64,000 bases of DNA from Schmidtea nova (taxonomy: Eukaryota), in assembly GCA_044892505.1 (NCBI GenBank), contig CM097882.1, positions 433,256,001 to 433,320,000 on the forward strand, given 5' to 3'. A program made the translations under genes and the position numbers. The notes under the pieces are model-generated. The model made no database searches, was not told the origin of the DNA, and was given only the letters and a program-made list of their open reading frames with translations. This document shows, piece by piece, positions 1 to 13,100 of the stretch; within the stretch, counting starts at the first letter, position 1; each line of letters opens with the position of its first letter.

Positions 1-2
1 AT

Positions 3-1655
3 CGGAATAATACGGCTGATGGAGGTAAAGCTTATTATCGATGTAACATGGTAAAAAGACGCGGACAACAATGCGAGGCTGGAATATATTTGCTGTTTAA
101 TAATAACAACGATAGTGTAACAATGTTTAGAGCAGAAAACAAGCATACGCATGGAAACTCACAGCAACAAACTTTAAAGCTTTCAAATCAGATGAAAGAA
201 GAAATTAAAAAGCTTTTTAAACTAAAAATAAAACCAAAAAAAATTTTAGAAATATTAAATGATAAAGGTTTAAAGCTTAAAAACAAGACACAAGTTTCTA
301 ATTACTTAGTGCAATTAAGAAAAGAAGCATATGGGCCAGCCGCAATAAGCCTTGGAGAATTTGAGCAGTGGTGTATTGATCATAGCGAAATTCCAGATTC
401 TGATGAATTACCTTTTGTGGTGTCACATCAAGTGAAATATTGTGATGAATTAGATGATGCAGAGGATGAATACAATGAGGGTTCGCACTTCAGAGTTTTA
501 ATTTCAACAAAACGTTTGCTTAAAAACTGTAGCATGTCGAACAAAATTCATATTGATGCCACTTATAAACTGGTATGGGAAGGTATGCCAGTTATAATTG
601 TTGGAACTACAGATCTTGATCGTCATTTTCATCCGATTGGTATTGCTGTATGTACGAATGAAAAAAAAGCAGATTTTCAATTTATTTTTGAAACAATTAA
701 GAAAATAAATGAAGAAATTGAATATTTAATATCAGATGCATCAAATGCCATTCGTAATGCATTCATCGCAGTATTTGGTGTGAATAAACGTTTAATTATG
801 TGTTGGGCTCATATGCGACGCAATGTTACGAAAAAAGTTGAGTCTCTTGTTGAAAAAAGCATGAGAAAGGAAATAATAGATGACATCGATACATTACAGT
901 TAGCTTCAAGCAAGCAAATATTTGATAAAGCATTACCATTGTTTATCAAGAAATGGCTTCAGAAAAGCCAAACTGAGTTTATTAACTACATGAAACTTCA
1001 ATGGTTTACAACACATCAATATTGCTACGAAGGTGCTGCACAATACACGCCTTCTACGAACAACTCATTGGAATCTTTCAATTTAGTGGTAAAAAAAGAA
1101 GAAACATTTCGTGAACGACTACCACTCTCAAGATTTCTTGAATTAATCAATAAATCTGTAGCAAAGTGGTCAAACGAATATTCATCCAACAGTCGAATAT
1201 TCAATACTTCAACTACAATTGAATTGTCCCAATGGACAAAAGGATATCAATGGGCAAAAACTAATGTAAACGTCTCATCAGCAATTTCTAACGATTCAAT
1301 ACAATATTTTTGTCCATCAAATCAGCAATGTAAGGCATCAGAAGAGGAAGCAGCATATGTATTGGAAATGCGTTGGAAAACATTTGATCAATTCAAACGT
1401 AAAGGTTTCAAAGTTTGGATTATAAATCTGCCAAAAGAAGCAGAAAACTGGATGCATGGTTGCTGTACTTGTCCAGAATTCTTAAAGAAATTTATATGTT
1501 TTCATATAATAGGTTTAGCTATTCGCTTAAAATATATTAAACCTCCTCCAGCAGCTAAACAAATACCAATAGGGCAAAAACGTTCGAGGGGTATTAAATT
1601 TTTTCTAAAAAAAAATAACTGCTCTTTTATTGTTTATACAGACCAAAAATTTTAA
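3..1655 (+). CDS. Mutator-like (MULE) transposase with N-terminal Zn-finger-like motif and C-terminal SWIM finger; open to the 5' edge of the window
   Basis: The frame is open from base 3. Motifs: YYRC-x9-C...HTH at the N-terminus, IHIDATYK (D1), ISDAS (D2), CWAH (CxxH), TNNSLESFN (E), and SWIM CTC..CFH. No internal stops over about 550 codons. ACCAAAA-type short repeats follow at 1640-1815. Confidence 0.88.
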   Translation, partial: RNNTADGGKAYYRCNMVKRRGQQCEAGIYLLFNNNNDSVTMFRAENKHTHGNSQQQTLKLSNQMKEEIKKLFKLKIKPKKILEILNDKGLKLKNKTQVSNYLVQLRKEAYGPAAISLGEFEQWCIDHSEIPDSDELPFVVSHQVKYCDELDDAEDEYNEGSHFRVLISTKRLLKNCSMSNKIHIDATYKLVWEGMPVIIVGTTDLDRHFHPIGIAVCTNEKKADFQFIFETIKKINEEIEYLISDASNAIRNAFIAVFGVNKRLIMCWAHMRRNVTKKVESLVEKSMRKEIIDDIDTLQLASSKQIFDKALPLFIKKWLQKSQTEFINYMKLQWFTTHQYCYEGAAQYTPSTNNSLESFNLVVKKEETFRERLPLSRFLELINKSVAKWSNEYSSNSRIFNTSTTIELSQWTKGYQWAKTNVNVSSAISNDSIQYFCPSNQQCKASEEEAAYVLEMRWKTFDQFKRKGFKVWIINLPKEAENWMHGCCTCPEFLKKFICFHIIGLAIRLKYIKPPPAAKQIPIGQKRSRGIKFFLKKNNCSFIVYTDQKF

Positions 1656-1821
1656 ATTAACTTACCAAAAAAGAAAATTATACTGTCCAATACACAAAAA
1701 TATACTGACACTTAATTATTTATACCGACCAAAATATTATTTTATACTGATATTTTATTTAATAAAATACCGACCAATTATTAAAAAAAATACTGACCAA
1801 ATAAATAAACCCCATTAAAAA

Positions 1822-3070
1822 ATGGTAATGGAGTATGCTACGAAAATACGCAAAGAAACAATTGAAGAACTTTCGGCTTGTAAACTAAATGGAAAAAGAT
1901 TCAGTTTGAAGTTAGACGAGTGGTCTTCGACCAGAAACCGAAATATTGTGCATAGTACGACTAAGTTCTGGAATCTTGGATTGGCCAGAGTTCATGGTAC
2001 CATGTCAGCTCCTAGATGCTTAGAAATTTTAAATGAAAAACTGAATATGTTTAATTTAACTTTGGATAATTTTGTTTCCAGCACCACTGATGGTGCATCC
2101 GTTATGAATAAATTTGGCCGCATATCAAACATCACCCATCAAACATGCTTAGCACATGGTATACAACTTGATGTGGTTGCTGTTCTCTACAGAAAAGACA
2201 TGTCTTATGTGGACGCTGAAGAATGTTTGTCCAGTATTTCGGAAAACAACGATGACGTCGATTTAATCAAAAAGGACAGTGACGAATACGATGAAAACTT
2301 AAGTGTAACACCGGAATATCTTTTTAAAACCTATGATTTGCCGTTCTCCCCTGCCATTCATCCATTAATTGAAAAAAATAAAAGTTGTGAAGATCTTTCG
2401 AAAGTCGCCCACTAAAAATGATAGTGTTCTGCAAAAGCATGTGTTAATGCAGTTTAAACGAGAAAAATCGTTGATTCTAGACGCGCAAACAAGATGGAAC
2501 AGCTTGTTTGATATGCTAGAACGATTTTTTAAGCTTCGTGACTGTATTCGAAAGAGCTTGATTGATATATCAGAAGATATAAATTTTTCACAAGCCGAGC
2601 TACAGCTATTTGTGTATTACGTCCAGTAAAACTTGCAGTCAAAACTTTATGCAGTGAGAATCAAAATTTGTTAAAGGCCGACATTGTACTTAAGTTTATG
2701 CTTGATCATTTATCACAACAGGAGACTGAACTTGCTGCAGAACTCAAGAACATCTTAATTCACCGTTTGAAGGAGAGGAGAAGAGTTTATTCGGACGTAT
2801 TAGAAGTTCCTGTATAACCCACAAAATGATTTGGATTTAGATGCTGATGATTTTAACATTTTCAACAAAACGACAAAACCAACAATGTTAAAAACTATCA
2901 TAGAGCTGGCGGAACGTTTGTTTTCTCAAAAAAATACGGCCAACAACAATAAAGTTGACCCTGATATAGAAATTGTTGATGAATTTCAAGAAATCCCTCA
3001 TGCTGAACCTTGTAACGTTTCCATAAAGGAAAACTGCATTTATGTGTTTATATACTATTTGAGTGAAGCA
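1822..3070 (+). pseudogene. Degraded hAT transposase (frameshifted across three ORFs)
   Basis: FSLKLDEWSS, STTDGASVM, TCLAHGIQL and LDAQTRWNSLFDMLERF are hAT catalytic-core motifs, split over ORFs 1822-2415, 2369-2629 and 2831-3169. Confidence 0.8.
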
Positions 3071-3630
3071 ATCAACCAATCAGTATCGATCCGCCCACTA
3101 AAGTTTCCTATTTTTCCAAATAATTTTCTAATTGGATTGGATTATTCAACTAATTCATTTAATTTCTAATGGTTTAGTTCGTTTTGATTTAATTTAATTT
3201 TTAATTCTTTATCTTTAAAGTGTGATTTCCTTATTTCCTTATCTCATTCAATAATTATTTTATTAGTTTGTTTTCTTTTAATTTGTATTTTTTACGCAAT
3301 TCTGTTTTTAATAACAGTTATACAAAATCGTTCGAGGGTTATAACCTAACAGAAAAGACTTATTTTGTTTTTGTAAATTAGAAATCATGTTAAACAATAT
3401 TTAAGAAATTATCCTGGTCAAAGTTACAATAATGCAGCTAACACGACTGTCAAATATTAATAGTTTACAAGTCAGGACAGAAATTTTATCACAATCTGCC
3501 GCTTTCATTTCATGTTATAATCACGCGCTTAATTTAATTGAAAATTATTCTACAAATCAAAATTATCTAAAAAATATTAATCAGCTTATATTTATTTGAA
3601 TACCCATTTCAGAAATATTAAACAAAAAGG

Positions 3631-4158
3631 TTAGTCATCATTTTTGTTGACAGGTTTTCTAAACAAATCATACAAATTTTTTGCCTAAATTCAATAATGA
3701 ATTTGGAAAATAATGACTACAAAAAAACCTTGAGAGCTCCTAAACCTGGACATGACTTAAGCTGTTCAAAATCTGACAACATGATAGCTTCAATTGACTA
3801 CCGGAAAGATTAAATAAATAGCGGGAATTAAAAGAACTACTCCAAAGGTTTCCATTAAGGTTCGTGCATCTGTTTTATTAATTGACGCAATTGAAGTTAG
3901 AAATGAAACATATTTGTTTATTTCCTCATCAGCTGCTGATAACTTTTCAAATTTTGATTTGTCTCCAGTCAAAATATCCGGAGGTTTATTTTCAAACATT
4001 TTAAATGACTCTAAGTATCGAGCGACTTCATCATTGCTATTGACCAACTCAAATAATAATCAACAAAAAAAAGCTGCAAACCTCCACGCTAATAACATTG
4101 TAAGATTATTTGAAATACACAATTGAGAAAGTTCCCGTATCTCCTGAGTTGAATCTAC
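3631..4158 (-). CDS. ERCC1: ERCC1 exons 6-9 (end of central domain, HhH2 domain, stop)
   Basis: Four exons separated by GT-AG introns of 45, 43 and 44 nt. The tracked ORF 3790-4047 is exon 7 read through its flanking introns. Confidence 0.93.
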
Positions 4159-7100
4159 CTAAAAATAACAATGCTATGTTGAGAAATATGCCAAAACTCT
4201 GTAGATTACTTTGTAGATTCAAATAGTTTAAAATTTCATCAAATAAAACAAGTTATGAATTGAAGCAGATTTGTGATCCTGAATTTGTATTTTAAAATTT
4301 TATAAAAGTTGATTTTATTGCACTTTATTAACAACAATTTCATATTCATTTAAAGTAAAATTCATTGTGTAAAATGTGTACCATTTATGGAGCACATCAC
4401 TGTCTGGCCAATTATTTCAAATTCCAAATGTTGTGCTACCGTTGTAAATTCAAGATACACTTTTCCTCTTATTTTCAACCTAGCTACTGTCGCTGGTCAA
4501 TCTCAACGAACACTCCAGACCAACACTTCACCGCCAAATTTTGTTTAATTATATTTAAATGTGAGGCGGGTGATTTTTACATTTTGTTTGCTATTTGACA
4601 ACAAATTTGTAAGTCTATTTAATGTTTATAATAATATTAAATTCCAGCTTATTTCAAAAAGCTTATTTCAAATTATCTAGCTAAGATATGTATACAGTGA
4701 AAAAAAGAATTGTAGAAAATGTGCATTCCTAAATTTTCTTATTTCATAATTTGAAATCAAATACTATTATTTTGTAGACATGTGATCTTAAAAAAGGAAA
4801 GTAAATTTCGAATGCAGATCGTTTCATTCTTAGTAGACAAATGAATACTTCCTCCCAACAAAAACAAGGCCTTATATATCATTTGCAGAAAAACATCAGT
4901 TGTCTTGAATGAATATAATCTTCGACATATGACGAAAAGTAGCACAAGCGTCACTATGGACTAGTGGCAAGTTAATCCAGAAGAGAAAGAGGAAAACTGA
5001 AATGAATTTTGTCATCAAACACAACTAATATTTAAAGCGTCCCCAGAACAGTTATAAAATGCTGTTCATTTCAGGATAGAAGTTACACATCGCATTGCAA
5101 CTCATTTTCAGATGGTTTGAATATTATGACCAAATAATGCAGTATATTTCAAGATTTTAGCTTTTCCAGAAATACTATTGTCAGATATGGGTGACAAAAT
5201 GAAGCAACTGAATGGCAATCAAAAGTTTGCATTTTACTGCCCTGCTATTGACAAATGCCACGATGAAAGACACGGCCCAACTGCTTATATTTGTTCGTGA
5301 CATAGAGAACTTGTCAATAGTCATTTCAAATTTATTGGATCGTTATTGGTATTGATTTGTTCGATGCAATAAATCAAATGAACTTCTCATGACAAAACTA
5401 TGTTTGAATATTAACTGACGGAGCTTTTAATAAGACTAAATAGTCAAGTGATTGTAAACAAAACTGACAGTATCACTCACCGACAAATACAATGTAATGT
5501 CGTAGAACGTCAAGTCAGCTGTTTTAAATACAATAGTTGAGAAAACACAAAAAAGAGCACTGCAGAAATATTTAAAGACTCTTATGAAAGGAAAATTGTT
5601 TTGGGCTGAAAGGACAAAATTATAAAAATAAGCATCAAACAAACCGCGCAGCAACATTGAAATAATAAAAGGAATTAAAAATAAATGATAAGGAAACAGA
5701 AATAAATTAGAAACGTATAAAGAAATAAACGAAAATAAGGAACGTTAATTAAACCAATAAAGGTAATCAAAATCAATTTAAAAAGAAATGGAAACTTCTC
5801 AAGTTTAGTAAAAAAAGATGAAACATTATTCCGATAAAACATTATTCCAATTATGATTAATCTAATCAATTATGATGATCTGATGCTTAAAAATCAGATA
5901 TTTATCAAATGTTCTGTTGATATTCCGTTGTGATTGTATTCAATTGTTATGATTATCAATTAATTTGTTCATTTTTTTCACTTCTGATTTTTTAAATTGT
6001 CAAATATTATGTGAAAAAATTATGTTTTTATAGGTAGAAGACAGAAAATCTGTTCCTTTATGAAACTGGATTTATAATTATAATACAAAAACATAGTGAT
6101 TCTTAAAAATGGAAAAAGCGTTACATCTAGCATTAAATCACAGAATAACACATCTTAGTAGAATCGGAGAACCTCGCAACCCGCGTACCACTAGCGGCCC
6201 TCCACAATATTTTAGTGGCCCACAACAGCTTTTTTCACAAATTAAAATGACTAAAACTATGCAGCAAACCAGATTGACTGAAGAACATTTAGGTTCGATA
6301 TTAAAAATTAAATATAGCCAAAGTCAACTACCAAATTTTGAAGATTTGAAAAATTAGAAGCGGTGCATTATATCAAGCAAAAATAATTTATATTCTTTAT
6401 TATTAATAATTCTCTTTTTATAATTATTTTTTATTTTCTTTATGGTATTTAATTAACACTCAAAATTTGAATTTTTAACAAAACTAAGTCCACAAAATGA
6501 TTTGGAATACAATTTTCGAAGAATGTGGCCCATATACTGAAATGAGTTTGACATGCGATCAATGGAAAATCAAATACTCAAAACAATCTTGTAGTGATAA
6601 CTGTCGATTGGGTGATTGCTTTGGAGTTTGATGGTTAATCTTTTTATAATGATTTTATTTGGTTTAATTTTGTAAATTATGTTGATATCAAAAAGGAATT
6701 ATGGCAAATCGCCTTTAAATTAAAATTTGAATTGTGCTATATCGATGCTATAAAATAATGAAAAAATATTATAAAATAGAAGTGGAATTATCTTGTTTGA
6801 AAAAAAAGATCTTATAATTTAAACCACTTGTTATTATTAGGTTGGTACATTTTAAACCTTGAATTTTTTGATAATTCATTAAGTTAGCGAGGTTAAATTT
6901 CTACGTATAAAAATATTACTAATAATTGTTATTTAACTCTAGGATTAATAAATTTGTTTTCAAAAAATTATTAGGTTTCACGGAATGTATTTGTTTTTAA
7001 AAAATGAATACTAGTGAAATACGCTTAATTATCCGTTCTAAGTATAAATTCGGTGTAGTGGAACATCTATCAGCAGCTCCAAACGATATATGAAAGCCTA

Positions 7101-10100
7101 AAAATGGTGTCAGAAGTATTTTGAAGTCATTTTGCATAGACTTATTAAGGCCAAAATATTTTCAACTATCTACCTATTAAAGGCCTATTACCAGATCCCA
7201 GTTAAAGAATTTAACGTGGAAAAAACTGCTGTGTTGACACCTATCGGACTTTTTGAAAACGTTTACATGCCGTTTGGTCTTAGAAATTCCGCCCAAGCCT
7301 TTTAAAGACCTGGTGAATTCACCATTCGCAATTCTTTATTGGTTCTAAGGACGCGGAAATATACATTAAACACTTAGATGCAGTTCTTTGTGCACTTTCT
7401 TCTAATAACCTACAAATTAATTCAGACAGGTGTTTATTTTTTAAAGAAGTCTGTTTTTGGGTCACATAATCTCGAGTTAAGGTGTTCGTCCACTATCTGA
7501 CAGACTAGATACTATATCTAAGTTTCCCCTTCCACAAACTGTTACTCAGCTTCGGAGTTTTCTAGGAACAATAAACTATTGTCACCGTTTTATCCCAAAA
7601 ATTTCAGGAATTCTTTCACCTCTGTCTGGTTAGTGTTCTAGACCAAATAAATCTATAATTCCTTGGAATGATACTTCATTACTCGCTTTTAAGCATGCTA
7701 AAACAGCCCTTTCAAACATTCAGACTTTACATTATCCACGAAAAGATTTGCCTTTATGTTAACCACAGACGCCAATCCATGTCGTTTTGCACCAGATAAA
7801 CGGTTACATCCCAGAGCTATTAGAACTTTATTAAAAAAACTTTCTTCACAACAAAAATATTAAGCTTTTGACCGCGAGCTTCTCGATATTTATAAGTCGG
7901 TTTAAACACTCGAGGGCCATCTTTTTAGCATGCATACAGGCCATAAACCACTTATTTACTTATTCTCAATGAAAGACCCTTCTCCGAGACAACAAAGCCA
8001 GATTAGCTATATTAGGGAATTTTCTCGCCAAATATACCACATCGCCGCCAGTGATAACATTATAGCTGATTGCCTTTCACGTAATGTAAACGCTGTTATC
8101 CTCTGTCCTCTATTTTCTATCGACGAACTCCAAAATAATCCTCCAAATGCTATTTCAATGATATTTCTAAATTTGGCGACAAACATAATTAAGGACAAAA
8201 TTCATTACGACTCATCTCTTCCTGGCCCTCTTCGCCCAAACTTGAACGACTCCATGCGAAAACCGGCTTCTCTATCTGTTCATAACACACACCACCCAGG
8301 TTCTTCAGCCCTTTTTAATCTATTACAAACGCTTGTAGTTTGGCCAAACATGAGACACGGTGTTAAGCTCTGGGTTGCACAATGCATAGGATGACAACGT
8401 TTTAAAATAACTAAGAACACTAAACATCATTCATTATCCCACTGGAAACCGTTTCGAAAACTTAAAAACTGACATCGTCGACCCAGTCCCAAGCGACTCT
8501 GGTTTTTCTTACCTTGTGACCATGATTGACCGCAAGACTCGCTGGTTCAAAATCATTCCTTTACGTACCATTTCTGCTAACACTATCGCAACTTCACTAA
8601 TTCAAAATTGAATTTTACGATATGGAGTTCCCAAGTCGATCATCAGTTTGAGTCTAACTTATTTCAAGCTTTTACCTCTAAACTTGGGATACAACATTTA
8701 CGTACAACCGCATATCATACACAAACCAACAGTTTAGTCGAACGTTTCCATTGTATTTTAAAAGCTTATCTCGGCATTCTTTCTGAAAAACAAGGTTGGA
8801 CAAAGGTTTTACCTTTCGTATTATTAGGTTGGCGAAATACACATTCTAGGACTACATGATCATCACCTGCTCAATTATTTTCGGTACAAAAACATTTTTT
8901 CCCGGCCAACTTGTCGACTTTGATGACTCTCCGACTTTTGAAGACCTCGCAATTGTTAGAGACCATTTTTTATCAATAAAAACTAATCCTGAATTCTCTT
9001 CCACGACCACCTATAAGCCTTACATTCCGAAACATTTGAAAATTCTTCCCACGTCTATATTATAAATATAACAGATGCGAATTTACAGCCAAGATATTCC
9101 GGACTTTACAAGCTCATCAAGATTAGAGAAAACACGAAAGTGATTGTAAACAACGCTACACAAACTTTTACCTCTGCCGTCTTAAACCAGCTTCAATTTT
9201 ACTTGATGAGGAACCTCCATTTGACAATTTCTCGACTCAAACCGATATAATCCCAAACTCTGAAATAATAGACTATAAAGACCCTATCATTTCCGCTGAG
9301 GACGATCATTCCCGCAATTTACCTTCACACCCGATCGTGCAAGCATCAGACGCAGAGAACAAAACTACGGGAAACTCTGGATACATACTGTTTATCCCAG
9401 AACCAAATGACGTACTTCCTTTACCCTCCATTTTGAGGGAAACAAATCAAATATCAAAGAAACGAAAGTCTGTCACTTACAACAAATGGGTTCATGTACG
9501 TTCTATTAACGAAAAACCCGATTCGTCAACCAGACTAACAAGAATCGATTCAAATAACTAACATTACTTTTTACCAATTTCCATTAGTCAATTTCCATTC
9601 TCAATTTCTTCCATTCCCTGAATTTTCTTTTTAGACACTACAAAATACCATATTATTATAATGCGGTGTTGCGACTCGTAAAAATAAACAAGACATTTGT
9701 TAATGCAACAGTAAACGAAAAATACAACACTGGTATTAGAAATTTCTCAATAAAAATGAATCTCTTAAAAATGAGCTTCGGATAGACCTTGTTGAAGAAA
9801 ATAGCGATGAATCAACTTGAGAACTTGCAAATTAAATGAAACTTAACTACGCCAGTTTTGAGAGAAGCACTTCCATCAAATAGGTAAAGTTAAAAAATTG
9901 GGTAAATGTGTACCAGAAGCTTTCTGAGCGAAAAAATTAGATCATAAGAATATGTGCTTTGAACACCTAACCAGGTACAACCGTGACCCATTTTGGAACC
10001 GCATTGTTAGATAAAATGAGACATCATAACATGTCCCAAATACTGATAACAATTTTGGTGGTGGATTATTTTCTAACAACTGGTGAAACAATGACAGCAT

Positions 10101-13100
10101 TAATGTCTTCTAATATATGATTATTATTAACGCATATTTGAGATCAGCAATAATTTTATGTAATATTTTGTAAGTATATTTCAGATAATAATACCTTTAA
10201 TTTAACCATTTTAAATGCCTAGAAAATAATTTATCTACAATAAAATACTCAATATTTTAAAATGACGAACTTCTAGAATACTTCATGGAGATATAAAACT
10301 AATGAATTTTATTTATTATGATGCAAATGAGCAATGAAATACTAGTGATATGCAGTGCTCACTATGCAAACATATATTATAAATACATTTCTCAATAATT
10401 ATACTTTTATGAATAAACTAAGAACGCTATAATAAAACCGAAATTTGGTAAAGACGGTCATGGGGGACTGTCATGGCGTAAAATGGGTTAAAATTACCAT
10501 CTACTAAAAAACCATTTAATTTGAAATCATTATACATGAAAATGATAACTTCTATTTTCAGCAAGACGGGACTTCCGTTGGCAAATAGATAGATAAGCAG
10601 ACGATGTCCGATGTGTGAATGTGAACAAAGATAAAATTACTCATCAAAGAAATCTGCCAATAACTTAATAGAGATACAGATTAGATTGTAGAAGCCCAAT
10701 CAGAGCAATATCTAAATATTGAGTGACACTAATATAAGGAATGAGAATTTAATTATTAGGCTTCTCTTTAAAAATTACTTTAATATCGAGATTTTATTTA
10801 TTGCGGACAATGAAGTTAATAATGAAGATGGTTTATTGAATGACAAGGAACAAATTTTTTAATCATCAGACAATGTTTTCAAGTTTTATTAACCACAACA
10901 GTTAAGGAATTCGATGATGAGCATGAAGAATCTCAGCATGCTGTATTTCATCAAAAAAGTACGACATGCTCGAATATATTGACATATAACAGTCATAGCA
11001 TATTTAAATACATCTTTAATTATAAATACTAATTAACTTAGTTTTTGCAACACAAATCCACACAAAAGCAAAAACTCGCTAAATAAAACCATCAGAAAAA
11101 ATGGAAAACCAAAAATTAAACTCGAGAATCTTACAAACACGTATGCACACAACACTCAACCAATCAAAAAGCCTGAATTTATTTAGAAATATAATTAATT
11201 AATTTTACAATGACTGTTTTATATTTTAACAGTATTTTTGAAGTTGACTAAAAAATTGATCAGAAATTACTGTGATTTTATTTTTTTAATAGAAATTTAA
11301 ATTTTTTGGAAAAGATTTAACGATTATTTAAACGAAAATTGTGCTTAAATTTATATTATGTTGCGGCTTTTTTGAAATGTGTGTATTAGCAATAACTTAC
11401 AAAATTTAACTCATCCATCACCCAAACACGGATACTTAAATCTACTATAGAATAGTTGTGACCTTCCCGTTGGGGGCCTGCCCACCTAGATTTTCTAAAT
11501 TCTTAACAAACCAAGGTACGAACAAAATGCAGTTCAAAATCAGTCAAGTAGAAATTATAGCGAAAAATCCTAAAGATGAAAAATTTATAGAGATCGAAAT
11601 CGGCATTAGTAACAAACATTTCAAAATTGTGGCGATTAATTATTTTCTAATAAAATAAAAATCTCAAATTATTCCGTCGGGCGACATAGTGGAACGCCCG
11701 AAAATTTATTACCCGTGTAAAAGTATTATGTAGATCGACAATGCCGGAAATCAATTAAGGAATATCACAGTTCTACATACAACTAAAGCATAATCCGTAG
11801 GGTAGGAAATGTTGGTTTCCTAAACTAAGTGAATAAATCCCCACGTGGGCGAATGGCATGGATAATTAACATTTAACGATTTACTGAGAATTTACTCTGC
11901 CGATTTTGTTTTTAATGCATGACAGGAAACGGGAAAATTGCGAATCGCAATAATTCCATTAAGCTAATGGAAATCCATTGCACCCGAGTAGAAATGATCT
12001 GTGTTAATTGAAATAAACCGGGATAGTTTGAGCGGCGTTTCCAATTGAAATAGTTAATAGTAAATTAGTAGCATGTTCCCGCACTATCTCACAGTAAAAT
12101 AAATTACTTAACCCTCCGTGGTATTTTTCATTAAAAATGTTTGTTGCAGTTATATTCATTTCTTTTAGATAAAAATCATGTTTTGTTATCACCATCGAAT
12201 CACTTCGGGAACTGAGAGAAGAGTCCACGCTTGCCATCAACAGGTAATAGTACAACAACTACTTGTATATCTCGACACCACTGAAAACCATTCCAACTTC
12301 GCTGGTACGTGAGATTTTTGAAAAACAGATTTCCTACGGGGAAGAACCAAAATTTAGTTTTCATCGCGATAGACCTGATCGCATAGTGTAGCACGGGAAT
12401 ACAGGATGACCAATCGACGTTAAAGTCAACCTCCCCCTGACTGCACACGATAATTTGTGGAGATCCCGAACGAGGTCGAGGGCATCAACAACATCATATA
12501 CGATGGAAGTATTCCGATAACCGAATTTCAAAAAATTGGACGTGTGTTAATTCAATACGAGCAAGAGGAAATCATCATGGGCTCTCTTCTCAGTCCTTCC
12601 AGTTCAACCGAAAATTTTATTTTTAATTTAGTACTAACTATTGTGTGTATTTATAATGTGGTTCCTAATAATATTGAAATGTAGTTTTTGTACTGTTATA
12701 TGTTATATTATGGATGGTTGTGTTTTTGTATTTTGTTATGCTCAAATATTAGGACTGTGATCTTTGTAAGTTGTATTATATTTGTCTTGTGAAGAAATTG
12801 TAGAGTCCAGCAGAGTCTCCGGTTAAAAATAACTGTCTTGGGACAGCTGGGGTGAATGTTGTGTATTCGTGTGCTTGAGTGCGTGTGTATATAAAGAGTG
12901 TGTTAACAAAATAAACTAATTCAATAATAAATTTTATTCGTACCTATACCACAGAAAAACTGAAGCTCGGAAATATTAAAGTCTAATGTTAATTTTTCTG
13001 TTCCGTTTTCTTTTATTTTCCTTGGGGATTAATATCTTCATGAACAAAATCTTTTATTTTCTTGTCAATTTGTTTTCTTTTGAAATCCTTAACTTTATTT

